This document shows, piece after piece, positions 10,007 through 19,544 of a DNA stretch of 64,000 nt (position 1 is the first letter of the stretch; every line of letters begins with the position of its first letter). The stretch is from a virus, in the IMG/VR virus record IMGVR_UViG_3300027779_003464, positions 32,001 through 96,000 of that record. One strand, given 5' to 3'. The notes beneath the pieces were generated by a model. That model saw only the letters and a program-made list of their open reading frames with translations, made no database searches and was not told where the DNA came from. Position numbers and translations under genes: made by a program.

Positions 10007-10642
10007 ATGTTAGTTAAAAGACTCATAGAATTAAAAAATATTTATAAAGGAAAAAAGATTATAGTATGTGGATGTGGTAAATCACTAAACACGTTCTATG
10101 ACTCACCTGAGTTTGCTAAGATTGCGAATAACAACAATGTAATAACAATAGGTGTGAACGACGTTCCTCGACTATTTGATCCAACACATTTAGTTATAAC
10201 AGATCACACAACTAGGTTCAACAAAAATAGAATAGATCTAATAAATAATTGTAGAAGTAAAAGTGTATTAACTTGTGTTAAAGGATGGCAACATCCAAAA
10301 CTAGTATATTTTGAATTAGGAAAAAGAGGAGGACTTACATTAGATGATTATTCTAGAGTAGACCACCACCTTAATTCTCCATACGCTGCAATAAACATAG
10401 CATATAAACTTGGAGCTTCTAAAATAGGTATGGTTGGAGTAGATTTTATAGACGGTCACTTTTATAGTCCCAAAGACGGGCCTCATAATTTAACTAGAAA
10501 ACATCTTCCTTCAATTAACTTGGCTTATAAAAAAATATACCTTCAATTAAAAAATAGAAAGGTTGATTTATATAATTTAAGTGACATAAGTAAAATAGAC
10601 GCTATTCCGTACCTAAGTATTAAAAAATTTATAGAAATATAG
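10007..10642 (+). CDS. Maf/MptE-like (DUF115, CstII-fold) putative nonulosonate glycosyltransferase
   Basis: IIVCGCGKSL, ITIGVND, AINIAYKLGASKIGMVGVDF, HFY; adjacent to neuA. Confidence 0.65.
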   Translation: MLVKRLIELKNIYKGKKIIVCGCGKSLNTFYDSPEFAKIANNNNVITIGVNDVPRLFDPTHLVITDHTTRFNKNRIDLINNCRSKSVLTCVKGWQHPKLVYFELGKRGGLTLDDYSRVDHHLNSPYAAINIAYKLGASKIGMVGVDFIDGHFYSPKDGPHNLTRKHLPSINLAYKKIYLQLKNRKVDLYNLSDISKIDAIPYLSIKKFIEI

Positions 10643-10648
10643 ACACTA

Positions 10649-11284
10649 ATGAAAATTATTATACCAGCACGAAAGGGATCAAAAGGTTTTCCCTTTAAAA
10701 ATAGAAAACTGTTTGAGTATACTGCAGATATTATACCGATCAGTTTATATGATAGTGTATATGTTCTAACTGACGACTTGGAAATCTCCAAAATATCAGA
10801 GTCATATGATTTTAACGTATTACCAAGACCTAGAAGAGTATCCAATGACTCAGCTTCTACAAAAGCTTCAATAGAATACGCTTTAGAAAACATAGAATTA
10901 GATAATAAAGATGAGACTATTCTAATGTTATACTTAACCTATCCTTATAGAACCTGGAGCGAGGTTGAAGATGCGATAGCCGATTTTGCTCGTTCTGGAT
11001 CTGATTCACTTCTTTGTAGAAAGGAAATAGAAACTTCTCCGTTTCTAGTTTTAAAAGAAGAAGAGAATGGAAAGGGATCTCAGTTATTCTATCATGATCT
11101 TTATAGAAGACAGGATTACCCTAAATGTTTTGAAATAAGCCACTATATTTCAATATTTAGAGCAGGTTCTATTTCTAAACTAAACAGCAATTTATATAAT
11201 TCAAATACCTACTTCTTAAAGATAGAAAAAGAAATACTAGATGTAGATTCAAAAAAAGACTTCAATAAAATAGATGGAAAATAA
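10649..11284 (+). CDS. neuA: CMP-N-acylneuraminate (nonulosonate) cytidylyltransferase
   Basis: IIIPARKGSKGFPFKN, VLTDD, LYLTYPYR, RRQDYP, LDVD. Confidence 0.88.
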   Translation: MKIIIPARKGSKGFPFKNRKLFEYTADIIPISLYDSVYVLTDDLEISKISESYDFNVLPRPRRVSNDSASTKASIEYALENIELDNKDETILMLYLTYPYRTWSEVEDAIADFARSGSDSLLCRKEIETSPFLVLKEEENGKGSQLFYHDLYRRQDYPKCFEISHYISIFRAGSISKLNSNLYNSNTYFLKIEKEILDVDSKKDFNKIDGK

Positions 11285-13007
11285 AATAGATAACTTTTGT
11301 GCTATTACTGAAATTAGTAATAGGGAGTTTCACCTATGTAGAACAGCAATATTCTCATTCATATCAACAAATAAGTGGTTTAATGGATATTTAATTTTAC
11401 TAAATATAGATGGAGAAGAAATAACAGACCATAATATTAATATCTTAAAATTAACATATGAAAAATTTAATATAATTTCTCCTGATGATTCTAAAATATT
11501 ACAAAAACTAAGAAAGAAAAAAAATGTAAATAAAAGATCATCATTCCTATATCTTCAGGCATTTAATATTAAGTCTAAAGGAAATATCTTTTTTTCCAAG
11601 TCCAGTCTATTTATGAATGAGATTTCGTCAATCTTAAGTAATAAAGAATTAAACGTTCCAATAAAGTCGCCTATTTTCCCAGAACTTAACCCAACCGGTA
11701 GCGAAGATCTTAATACTAATTTAATGTTTATTCCTAAAAAATATATTTCTAATAAACGATATAATGATATACTAAATATAGTAAGCTCGTCTGAAATTTA
11801 TAAAAACGAATCGGAATCTAACGTATTAAAAAAATACATTAAGCAATATTCAATAGATGTTAAACTCTGTTCAAATACCCTATCAGTTAACTCGTCGTTT
11901 TTTGATAATTCTAAATATTCTAACTTTATCAGATACCATAAAGCAATTGGAAGCTTAAATATGGATACTGCTAGTGCTTCTGGGACTTTTAACTTTAAGA
12001 GAATACATAATTATTGGAAACAATATAATCACAACTTAGTAAATGGGCTGACTAAATCAGTTCCTACTAAAATTAATACTAAGAATATAAAGATTGCTAG
12101 AAAAAAATATAAACATAAAATAAACAAGTCGCATTCGTTAAAAAATACATTCTCAGATAAATTAGCAATATACACAACATCTGATGAAAATTATATCGAG
12201 CACGCAATTGTTGCATTTCAGACTTTCCGCGAAATTAATCCACATCTAAATCTAGATTTTTTTATTATTTCAAAAGAACTGAGTCATCATAAATTAGAAT
12301 TATTAGATAGAAATTCAATATCACATATTGAATTAGATTTAAGTGGAGTATTTAAAATAGAAGAAAACTGGCCATACCCCAGCGAATGCTTTTGGTTATT
12401 TAAAGGACCTGATCTTTTAAATAATTTAGGATATAAATATTCTATGTATATAGATTCTGATGTGCAGTGTAATCAACCAATGGATTTAAGCTGGCTATAT
12501 TCTTTAGATTTAATTGCTGGAGCGGAAAGGGGAGCTTCGTTAATTAAATTTCTATCTCACGTAGAAAATATTCATAAAATAACAAAAGGATTTAATATAG
12601 ATAGATCAAATATACAAGATATTCCTTCTGTTAATACTGGCGTCTTATTTTTTAATAATGCTGAATATTCTAGATTAAATTTTTATCAAAAAGCAATAGA
12701 TGCGTTCACACTAAGTAAGGAATTAGGTATTCCACGAAAAGGAGATGATTCATTAATGTGTCTTCTAATGTCAATATATTATGAATATTCATATAAAACT
12801 TTACCTAGTTCTTGGAATGACTATAAATTTTACCATAAAAATCCAGGAAAATCGGTTAATCACTTTAACTCTATAATAATTCACCACTCACGCCATAAAC
12901 CTTGGAATAAAAGAGATACGAGGTTTTATAAAAATCAATTTAACACATTATTAGTTTCAAGATGGTGCGAAATGTCAAAAAAATTAAAGCTAGATGGAAA
13001 ACTATAA
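11274..13007 (+). CDS. Two-domain glycosyltransferase: degenerate N-terminal GT-A-like domain plus C-terminal GT8-like domain
   Basis: TSDENY, YIDSD (DxD), VNTGVLFFN, GDDSL, WN, HHSRHKPW. Confidence 0.75.
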   Translation: MENKIDNFCAITEISNREFHLCRTAIFSFISTNKWFNGYLILLNIDGEEITDHNINILKLTYEKFNIISPDDSKILQKLRKKKNVNKRSSFLYLQAFNIKSKGNIFFSKSSLFMNEISSILSNKELNVPIKSPIFPELNPTGSEDLNTNLMFIPKKYISNKRYNDILNIVSSSEIYKNESESNVLKKYIKQYSIDVKLCSNTLSVNSSFFDNSKYSNFIRYHKAIGSLNMDTASASGTFNFKRIHNYWKQYNHNLVNGLTKSVPTKINTKNIKIARKKYKHKINKSHSLKNTFSDKLAIYTTSDENYIEHAIVAFQTFREINPHLNLDFFIISKELSHHKLELLDRNSISHIELDLSGVFKIEENWPYPSECFWLFKGPDLLNNLGYKYSMYIDSDVQCNQPMDLSWLYSLDLIAGAERGASLIKFLSHVENIHKITKGFNIDRSNIQDIPSVNTGVLFFNNAEYSRLNFYQKAIDAFTLSKELGIPRKGDDSLMCLLMSIYYEYSYKTLPSSWNDYKFYHKNPGKSVNHFNSIIIHHSRHKPWNKRDTRFYKNQFNTLLVSRWCEMSKKLKLDGKL

Positions 13008-13806
13008 GCTATTTTGGTGGAGAGGTAAACATTATAATTTTGGTGATGAAATTACGCCTTGGTTGTTTAAAAAAATGTGTGACATTAATCAATCTTCTCC
13101 TTGTAATATAAAATTAGAGAAAGGTCCAATAATACTTGCAGTTGGTAGCATAATGCGGCTTTCTTCTGCTAAAACCTCGATATGGGGATCAGGAATTAGA
13201 AATATAGATCAATCTGATTTTACCGAAGCTAAGAAATACCACGCAGTTAGGGGACCATTTACTAGAAAACAATTATTAAATCTTGGATATACATGCCCTG
13301 CAATATATGGAGATCCTGGATTATTGCTTCCCAAATACTATAATCCTTCTATTTCTAAAAAATTTAAATTAGGTATAATACCTCACGTTAGTGAATATGA
13401 AGATATTAAAAAGAAGTATTCTAAGCTTAAAGATGTTTTAATAATTAATTTAACAACTAATGATATTGAAAAAGTAGTTGATGATATTGTTTCATGTGAG
13501 ACTACAGTTTCTACTTCTTTACATGGAATAATAACATCTGTTGCATATGGAATACCAACTAGGTGGCTAAAATATTCTGATCGTATAACAGGAGATGACA
13601 TAAAATTCTATGATTTCTTTGCTTCTCTAGATAATAGAGTATTTTCAACCTTTAATTATAAAGATATTACATCTCCTATATCTAAATACAACCCTATTAT
13701 CCCTTCAAATAGTATTTCAGATATTATTAAACAGACTGAGCTATATCCAATGGATTCATTGGATATTAATCGTCTCATATCTTCCTGTCCAGTTAAAATA
13801 ACTTAA
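12994..13806 (+). CDS. Polysaccharide pyruvyl transferase family (ExoV-like)
   Basis: NFGDEIT, AVGSI, IWGSG, AVRGPFT, GDPGLLLP, GIIPH, STSLHGII. Confidence 0.88.
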   Translation: MENYKLFWWRGKHYNFGDEITPWLFKKMCDINQSSPCNIKLEKGPIILAVGSIMRLSSAKTSIWGSGIRNIDQSDFTEAKKYHAVRGPFTRKQLLNLGYTCPAIYGDPGLLLPKYYNPSISKKFKLGIIPHVSEYEDIKKKYSKLKDVLIINLTTNDIEKVVDDIVSCETTVSTSLHGIITSVAYGIPTRWLKYSDRITGDDIKFYDFFASLDNRVFSTFNYKDITSPISKYNPIIPSNSISDIIKQTELYPMDSLDINRLISSCPVKIT

Positions 13807-13815
13807 ATATAATTT

Positions 13816-14574
13816 ATGCATAAAACTGTTAATTTACATTGGTATAAAAAAGATTATAATTTTGGAGATATGTTAAATCCATATTTAATACCTAAGTTAT
13901 TTAATATTAAAGTAAATTGGATAACCCCTGGGTCTAATACTCCTCATATATTTTCTATAGGTTCAATACTTCAAAAGGCCAATAATTCAACTGCAGTATG
14001 GGGATCCGGCTTTATAAGTAATAATAGTCGTATTTCAAATCCTTCTAAGATATTCGCAGTTAGGGGACCTCTCACATATGCTAGACTAATTAATGCAGGT
14101 ATACCCACTCCTAAAATATTTGGAGATCCTGCCTTACTTTTGCCCAATGTATATTCTCCACAATTTAATAAAAAGTGGAAAATAGGAATAATTCCGCATT
14201 ATGTTGACAAAAAATCAAATGTTATTAACATGTGTTCTAAAATAAAAGGAGTCAAAATAATAGACGTTCAAGAAAAAAGTATAGAATCGATTATCAACGA
14301 TATTCTTGCATGCGAAATAATTTTATCAAGTAGTTTGCACGGTCTCATTGTCGCAGATGCTTATGATATTCCTAATATATGGATAAAAATATCAAATAAG
14401 TTAATCGGAGGAAACTTTAAATTTAATGACTATTTTAAGTCAGTTAGTCGAAATATTCGCGAACCTATTATATTTACAACTAAGTCAAATATTTTTGATA
14501 TAGTAAAAAACTATTCACTAGAAAAAATTATTTTTAATTCTCAACCTCTACTAAAATCTAATCCCTTTATATGA
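13816..14574 (+). CDS. Polysaccharide pyruvyl transferase family, second paralog
   Basis: NFGDML, IGSIL, VWGSG, AVRGPLT, GDPALLLP, SSSLHGLIVADAYDIP. Confidence 0.88.
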   Translation: MHKTVNLHWYKKDYNFGDMLNPYLIPKLFNIKVNWITPGSNTPHIFSIGSILQKANNSTAVWGSGFISNNSRISNPSKIFAVRGPLTYARLINAGIPTPKIFGDPALLLPNVYSPQFNKKWKIGIIPHYVDKKSNVINMCSKIKGVKIIDVQEKSIESIINDILACEIILSSSLHGLIVADAYDIPNIWIKISNKLIGGNFKFNDYFKSVSRNIREPIIFTTKSNIFDIVKNYSLEKIIFNSQPLLKSNPFI

Positions 14575-15401
14575 AATTAGGAGTATCATATACAGTATTT
14601 GATGGGATAGAGCTCTTAGAGCATTCTATTAAACAAATAAGAAATCACGTTGATTTTATACACGTAGCATATCAAAAATATTCTTGGTTTAATAAGGCAA
14701 TGTCAATTGAAGATTTTAATACATTAAATCGATTAAAAACAATAGGGTTAATCGACTCCTTAGAATGTTTTACAGATTTTAAAATAATAAAACTAAATAC
14801 GAGTAATATTCAAATATCTAAAAAATATGAGACCGAAAAAAGACAATTTGGAATGAATGCTTGTTTAAAAACAGGATGCACCCACTTTATATCTATGGAC
14901 GTTGATGAATTTTATATAGCAGATGAATTTAAAAAAGCAAAGAATATAATAGTAGAAAATAATATATCCCAATCTTCTTGTTCTTTTATAAATTATGTAA
15001 AATTACCAATATACACAAGAGGAATAGATGGATCTACCGTGCCATTCATATGCAAAGTAAATAATTATTCAAATATGTCAAAATACTTTTTTACGAAATG
15101 TGATCCAACCAGAGGAATAACTGATAATATACGAGGAGCCAAGAAAAAATTTACTAAAGATATAATATTAATGCATCACATGGAGACAGTTAGAAAAGAT
15201 TTGACTAAAAAATATGAGTCAACAACGAGAGCAATATTTAATAGGAGTAGAACCAAAGATTTAGTAAAAGGTATAAAATCAGTAAATAAACAAACAAATA
15301 TGTTTAGTTTTGATAAAATAATATTTCCAGGAACACCTCCTGTAAAACTTAAAGAAACCGATAATATATTTAATATACCTTATAAAATATGGGACCTGTA
15401 A
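14571..15401 (+). CDS. GT-A fold glycosyltransferase-like protein
   Basis: LGVSYTVFDGIELL, ETEKRQ, FISMDVDEFY (DxD), MHHM. Confidence 0.7.
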   Translation: MKLGVSYTVFDGIELLEHSIKQIRNHVDFIHVAYQKYSWFNKAMSIEDFNTLNRLKTIGLIDSLECFTDFKIIKLNTSNIQISKKYETEKRQFGMNACLKTGCTHFISMDVDEFYIADEFKKAKNIIVENNISQSSCSFINYVKLPIYTRGIDGSTVPFICKVNNYSNMSKYFFTKCDPTRGITDNIRGAKKKFTKDIILMHHMETVRKDLTKKYESTTRAIFNRSRTKDLVKGIKSVNKQTNMFSFDKIIFPGTPPVKLKETDNIFNIPYKIWDL

Positions 15402-16252
15402 AGATAGTAGCAGAAATAGGAATAAATTATGCATACGGTAAAGATAAGTTTAAGTTTTTAGATAATGCTAAAAAATTAATAGACGCCGCTGCTTTGGCTG
15501 GATGTAATTGGGTAAAATTCCAAAAAAGAAATCCAGATATATGTGTAAGTGAAGATCAAAAATTAAAACCAAAGAAAGTTCCGTGGAGAAAAGAAGAAAC
15601 CACATATCTACAATATAAAAAAGATATAGAATTTGGAGTAAATGACTACGCTGAAATTGATGTATATTGCAATAAAAAAGGAATTGGATGGTTTGTATCG
15701 GTATGGGATAAGTCATCCGTCGATTTTATAGTAGATAACGATTATTCTAATTGGGGGTCATTCATAATGAAAATTCCATCAGCTTTAATAAACGATATTG
15801 ATTTATGTAAGTATGCAAGTGAAAAGTCTGACCTTTTAATTATATCAACTGGAATGAGTACGGAAAAAGAGATTATAACATGTATAAAAGCATGTGATCC
15901 CGACGTAATCATGCATACCAATTCAACATACCCAGCAAAAGTAGATGAGCTTAATCTTGAATATATACATTGGCTTAAAGATAAACACTATGGAAAAGAA
16001 ATAGGGTACTCTGGTCATGAGTTTGGCTTAGTTACAACATGGGCAGCAGTTGCCATGGGAGCATCGTGGATTGAAAGACATATTACTCTTGAAAGAACAC
16101 TATGGGGATCTGATCAGATTGCATCGGTAGAGCTAGGCGGGCTTATTAAGCTTGTTAAAGGAATACGGGATATTGAAAAATCTTTTAAAGGATACGGAGA
16201 AAGAGAAGTTTTAGGATCAGAATTAGAAAAATTGAAAACCTTAAGAAAATGA
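15389..16252 (+). CDS. neuB: N-acylneuraminate/KDN(-9-phosphate) synthase, short form without the SAF/AFP domain
   Basis: IVAEIGIN, VKFQKR, SVWD, KIPSA, ISTGMS, MHTNSTYP, GYSGHE, IERHITL, WGSDQ. Confidence 0.92.
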   Translation: MGPVKIVAEIGINYAYGKDKFKFLDNAKKLIDAAALAGCNWVKFQKRNPDICVSEDQKLKPKKVPWRKEETTYLQYKKDIEFGVNDYAEIDVYCNKKGIGWFVSVWDKSSVDFIVDNDYSNWGSFIMKIPSALINDIDLCKYASEKSDLLIISTGMSTEKEIITCIKACDPDVIMHTNSTYPAKVDELNLEYIHWLKDKHYGKEIGYSGHEFGLVTTWAAVAMGASWIERHITLERTLWGSDQIASVELGGLIKLVKGIRDIEKSFKGYGEREVLGSELEKLKTLRK

Positions 16253-16539
16253 TTACACCAAAACTAATACTTCAATTTATTGAAGGAAATCTTAAAATGC
16301 TTGGAGATAAGTTTGGAACCCTTTCGGAACATACTAAGGAACAAGTTTTATATAGATCTCAAGTATGTAAAAATGATTGTATAGAAAGGGGATATTGCGT
16401 TCAATGTGGATGCTCAATTCCTGGTAAATTATATGTTACTAAATCATGTAATAAAGGAAGTAGATTCCCGGACTTAATGGATGCTGAATCTTGGGAAACA
16501 TATAAAAAGGATAATAATATAAAAATAGAAGGAAAATGA
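16249..16539 (+). CDS. Small Cys-rich putative zinc-binding protein
   Basis: CKNDC...CVQCGC...K...SCNKG pattern. Confidence 0.7.
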   Translation: MITPKLILQFIEGNLKMLGDKFGTLSEHTKEQVLYRSQVCKNDCIERGYCVQCGCSIPGKLYVTKSCNKGSRFPDLMDAESWETYKKDNNIKIEGK

Positions 16540-16835
16540 TTTACTATATAGATATAGATGATACTATATGTAGATCAGGGTCACCTAGCGATTACTCTAC
16601 GGCCATTCCAATAGATAACGCAATTAAAAAAGTTAATGCACTATATGATGCCGGACATGAAATAGTTTTTTGGACGGCGCGTGGATCTGGAACTGGAGTA
16701 GACTGGAGGGAAGTCACCAAAAATCAATTAGAAAAATGGGGAGTAAAATATCATAAACTTCGCCTCGGAAAACCAATATATGATTTCTTTATAGATGATA
16801 AAAACATAAACGCAAGAGACTGGTTAAATGAATAG
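16536..16835 (+). CDS. Capless HAD-family phosphatase
   Basis: IDIDDTI (DxD), WTARG, GKP, IDDK. Confidence 0.85.
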   Translation: MIYYIDIDDTICRSGSPSDYSTAIPIDNAIKKVNALYDAGHEIVFWTARGSGTGVDWREVTKNQLEKWGVKYHKLRLGKPIYDFFIDDKNINARDWLNE

Positions 16836-17433
16836 ATATAAAAATAAAGTATTAATTCTTGGAAACGGTCCTGATATTAATAATATAGAATTTAATCGCC
16901 TTCCAAAAATAATAAAAACAGCAGGAGTAAATAGAATATGGCTAAAACACTTTCCTAAATACTATTTCTACCATGATGCTGACATAATGAAGGAAATAGA
17001 TCGTGATATAGTTCTCAGATCTCAACTCATAGCTAAAAGTGTATGCTATACTAGCGATTGGTTGCATACGCAAACATCTAATATTCCAAATTATTTAAAA
17101 GTAATTAATAGATCTAATCCTTCTATATTTGTAGATTCGGTAAACACGTTTATGAGAATTTTAATAAATGATAATGTATTTAACACGAATGATACTATAT
17201 TTTATATAGCAGGAGTTCCACTAAATTGGACAAACCCGAGTCACTTTTGGAAAGATTTAAAATACCATTCTCTAAATAAAAAAGATAAAATATGGTATGA
17301 TGCTAGATTTACTAGAATGCTTTCTAATTTTAAAAATTTAAAAAAATTAGGATATAATATGGTTTCAGTTACTCCTAATTCTAAGTTAAATAAAATAATG
17401 AGATATGAAGGTATAGGTAATTTATATACTTAA
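16828..17433 (+). CDS. Second Maf/CstII-fold-like putative glycosyltransferase
   Basis: LILGNGPD, TAGVNRIW, FYIAGV, SHFW. Confidence 0.6.
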   Translation: MNRYKNKVLILGNGPDINNIEFNRLPKIIKTAGVNRIWLKHFPKYYFYHDADIMKEIDRDIVLRSQLIAKSVCYTSDWLHTQTSNIPNYLKVINRSNPSIFVDSVNTFMRILINDNVFNTNDTIFYIAGVPLNWTNPSHFWKDLKYHSLNKKDKIWYDARFTRMLSNFKNLKKLGYNMVSVTPNSKLNKIMRYEGIGNLYT

Positions 17434-17457
17434 AGTATCAACCTTAAGATATTAATT

Positions 17458-19452
17458 CTATTCTTCATAAGTACATGAACCATCATCAATTGTTGCTAAA
17501 GGATCAAAATTTAATGCTGTTGGGTCTGTACAACCGAATACGGCTTCTAAGAAGTGATCATCAGATTTAGATCTTGCTGCTATTGTCTTATCACTTCCGT
17601 CTTCAACGAATTCCTTATCCTGTGGACTTGCCTTCTTAATAAATTCCAATTCTACCTCTTCAACTATTAAATCATCTCTATCATCTAGTTGAGCTTTTGA
17701 TTTTTTCGCTTCCCCAGATTCAATAACGAACTCTTCTAATACTTTTTCTTCACCTAATACCTCTTCTACTTTTATAAGCTTTACATCTTGCTCTTCGTTT
17801 ACATAAATAGCTTCTTCTGTTCTAACTGCACCTTCTATTTCAGCATCTTTCACAACTGGTTCTTCTGCAGGAAAAACTTTATCTAATACTATCTTATCTA
17901 GATCAGAATTAACTGCTGCATCTGCAGCAGATGGCAGAGCAGGTAGTTTTTTTGGATCCCCTAATTCTAATTTGTCAGAAGGAGGAAGTTTTATACTAGC
18001 TATATCATTAGCTGCCATATAAGCTTCTAATGTTACAATTTCTGAAATATATGCTTGTTTTTCTTTATGCCTTTCGTCTGCTTCTTCACCAATTAAACTA
18101 GTTATAGTATATACATGTTTACCAGATAATACTTTATGTTCTTGAGCATCCGAATTCGGCCAGTTATATCTATATAAAATGTCGATTCCTTCACCTACTA
18201 ATTTTCCTACTTTTGAAGTAGTCCATACATTAGCTCCAATTGTAAACGATTTAGCATATATTCTAGCTTGATGTGCAAATAATTGGATATTTCCATCCGA
18301 TTCAGAAGCAAGTATATCTCCAAAATAATGAACAGTCGCCTCAAATATTCCATATCCAGAATAAGATTCCTCTATTACATTTTCTTGGCTTGGGTCAAGT
18401 TGAGCAATCAGACTTCTACCTTCAGTAAAATCATCCCTCATATGATTTACTCCTAAATAATTATTTAGCCATTCTAAATCACCTGATTGATCCTCATCTC
18501 CATCAACTAAGAATGTAATAAGATTTAGTTTTTTCTTTTTTGCAACCATATTAATTGATTGCAATGCTACAGTTTGATGATTTATATTAAGAGCTTGGTT
18601 ACCTGAAACATATGATATTTCTTGTTTACATTGCACAAACACCGTACTTGCTGCCTCCTTCATCGCGTCAGTAATAGTAATAGCTTCAGAAATAGATCCA
18701 ATTACTGCACTTGGAAGTAATTCATCGTGATTAATAATTTTAGTAGCGATGTCATTCCAACACTCATTTTTTCTAGTTTTATAATGACCATCAAAGGCAG
18801 CATCTTCAGCATTACCTTCAACGTCATTTCCAGCAAGCACATTAGCTGAAATATCTGCCAATATTTCAAGGCTATTAGCCATAGCTTGTATTGTTAATGC
18901 ACCATCCTCATTCTTAATAATGGCATCATTAATATAATCAATTTCCAGCAATCTTTCTTTAACGTCATCATTAACAGGTAAAAGATCAAATTCATTTACC
19001 ATTTTTTCTAATAACAATGTTATAGCTCCCTCTTTTGTTTTACCAGAATCCATAATTATCGATATAACAGTTGAAACGGGACTAACTATAAGAGTTCCTA
19101 TGGGTGCTTCTAATTCTCCAGTATATTCAAAACCAGTAAATGTATCTATTCCTCCAGTCACTTTTAATTTTCCTATTGGCAAAGACTTAACTCTAAATTT
19201 TCCAAGTGTATTGGTAGTATATGTTTCTCCAGACGCAATATCTGTAACTGTTGCTCCATGCAGAGGACCATCTAATGCTAATCCACCAATTCCACCGGCC
19301 GCGGATCCACCTACAGATCCAACTTTGGAACCACTTTCTTTTTTAGCAGCTTCAACCAGTCTCCATCTTGCCTGCTCTGCCATTTGTGCATTTTCCCAGT
19401 CTTCACGTAGTCTTCTTTCCTCAGGTGATTCGTCTGTTCTCCATAATATCAT
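17458..19452 (-). CDS. Large acidic late protein with a DGPLxGATV beta domain and a C-terminal GCTD...DDGSC motif
   Basis: LALDGPLHGATV; FGCTDPTALNFDPLATIDDGSCTYEE; late promoter upstream. Confidence 0.8.
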   Translation of the reverse strand: MILWRTDESPEERRLREDWENAQMAEQARWRLVEAAKKESGSKVGSVGGSAAGGIGGLALDGPLHGATVTDIASGETYTTNTLGKFRVKSLPIGKLKVTGGIDTFTGFEYTGELEAPIGTLIVSPVSTVISIIMDSGKTKEGAITLLLEKMVNEFDLLPVNDDVKERLLEIDYINDAIIKNEDGALTIQAMANSLEILADISANVLAGNDVEGNAEDAAFDGHYKTRKNECWNDIATKIINHDELLPSAVIGSISEAITITDAMKEAASTVFVQCKQEISYVSGNQALNINHQTVALQSINMVAKKKKLNLITFLVDGDEDQSGDLEWLNNYLGVNHMRDDFTEGRSLIAQLDPSQENVIEESYSGYGIFEATVHYFGDILASESDGNIQLFAHQARIYAKSFTIGANVWTTSKVGKLVGEGIDILYRYNWPNSDAQEHKVLSGKHVYTITSLIGEEADERHKEKQAYISEIVTLEAYMAANDIASIKLPPSDKLELGDPKKLPALPSAADAAVNSDLDKIVLDKVFPAEEPVVKDAEIEGAVRTEEAIYVNEEQDVKLIKVEEVLGEEKVLEEFVIESGEAKKSKAQLDDRDDLIVEEVELEFIKKASPQDKEFVEDGSDKTIAARSKSDDHFLEAVFGCTDPTALNFDPLATIDDGSCTYEE

Positions 19453-19465
19453 AATATAAGTATTA

Positions 19466-19481
19466 TTTTTATTTATTTATC
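19466..19481 (-). promoter_or_regulatory. Late promoter-like GATAAATAAATAAAAA
   Basis: Recurring TAAATA motif. Confidence 0.6.
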
Positions 19482-19544
19482 ACTACAAAAATACAAGAAA
19501 ACCAAACCTATAACTATAAAATTGGTATTAGGAGTAAAGGTATA

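Noticed and set aside
10007-17433. Glycan locus as bacterial host contamination or as a DNA hypermodification cluster
   Set aside because: It is flanked by phage genes, uses the phage promoter motif and lacks wzx/wzy/transport genes. No hydroxymethylase or base-modifying enzyme is seen in the window, so a DNA target is unsupported, though not excluded.
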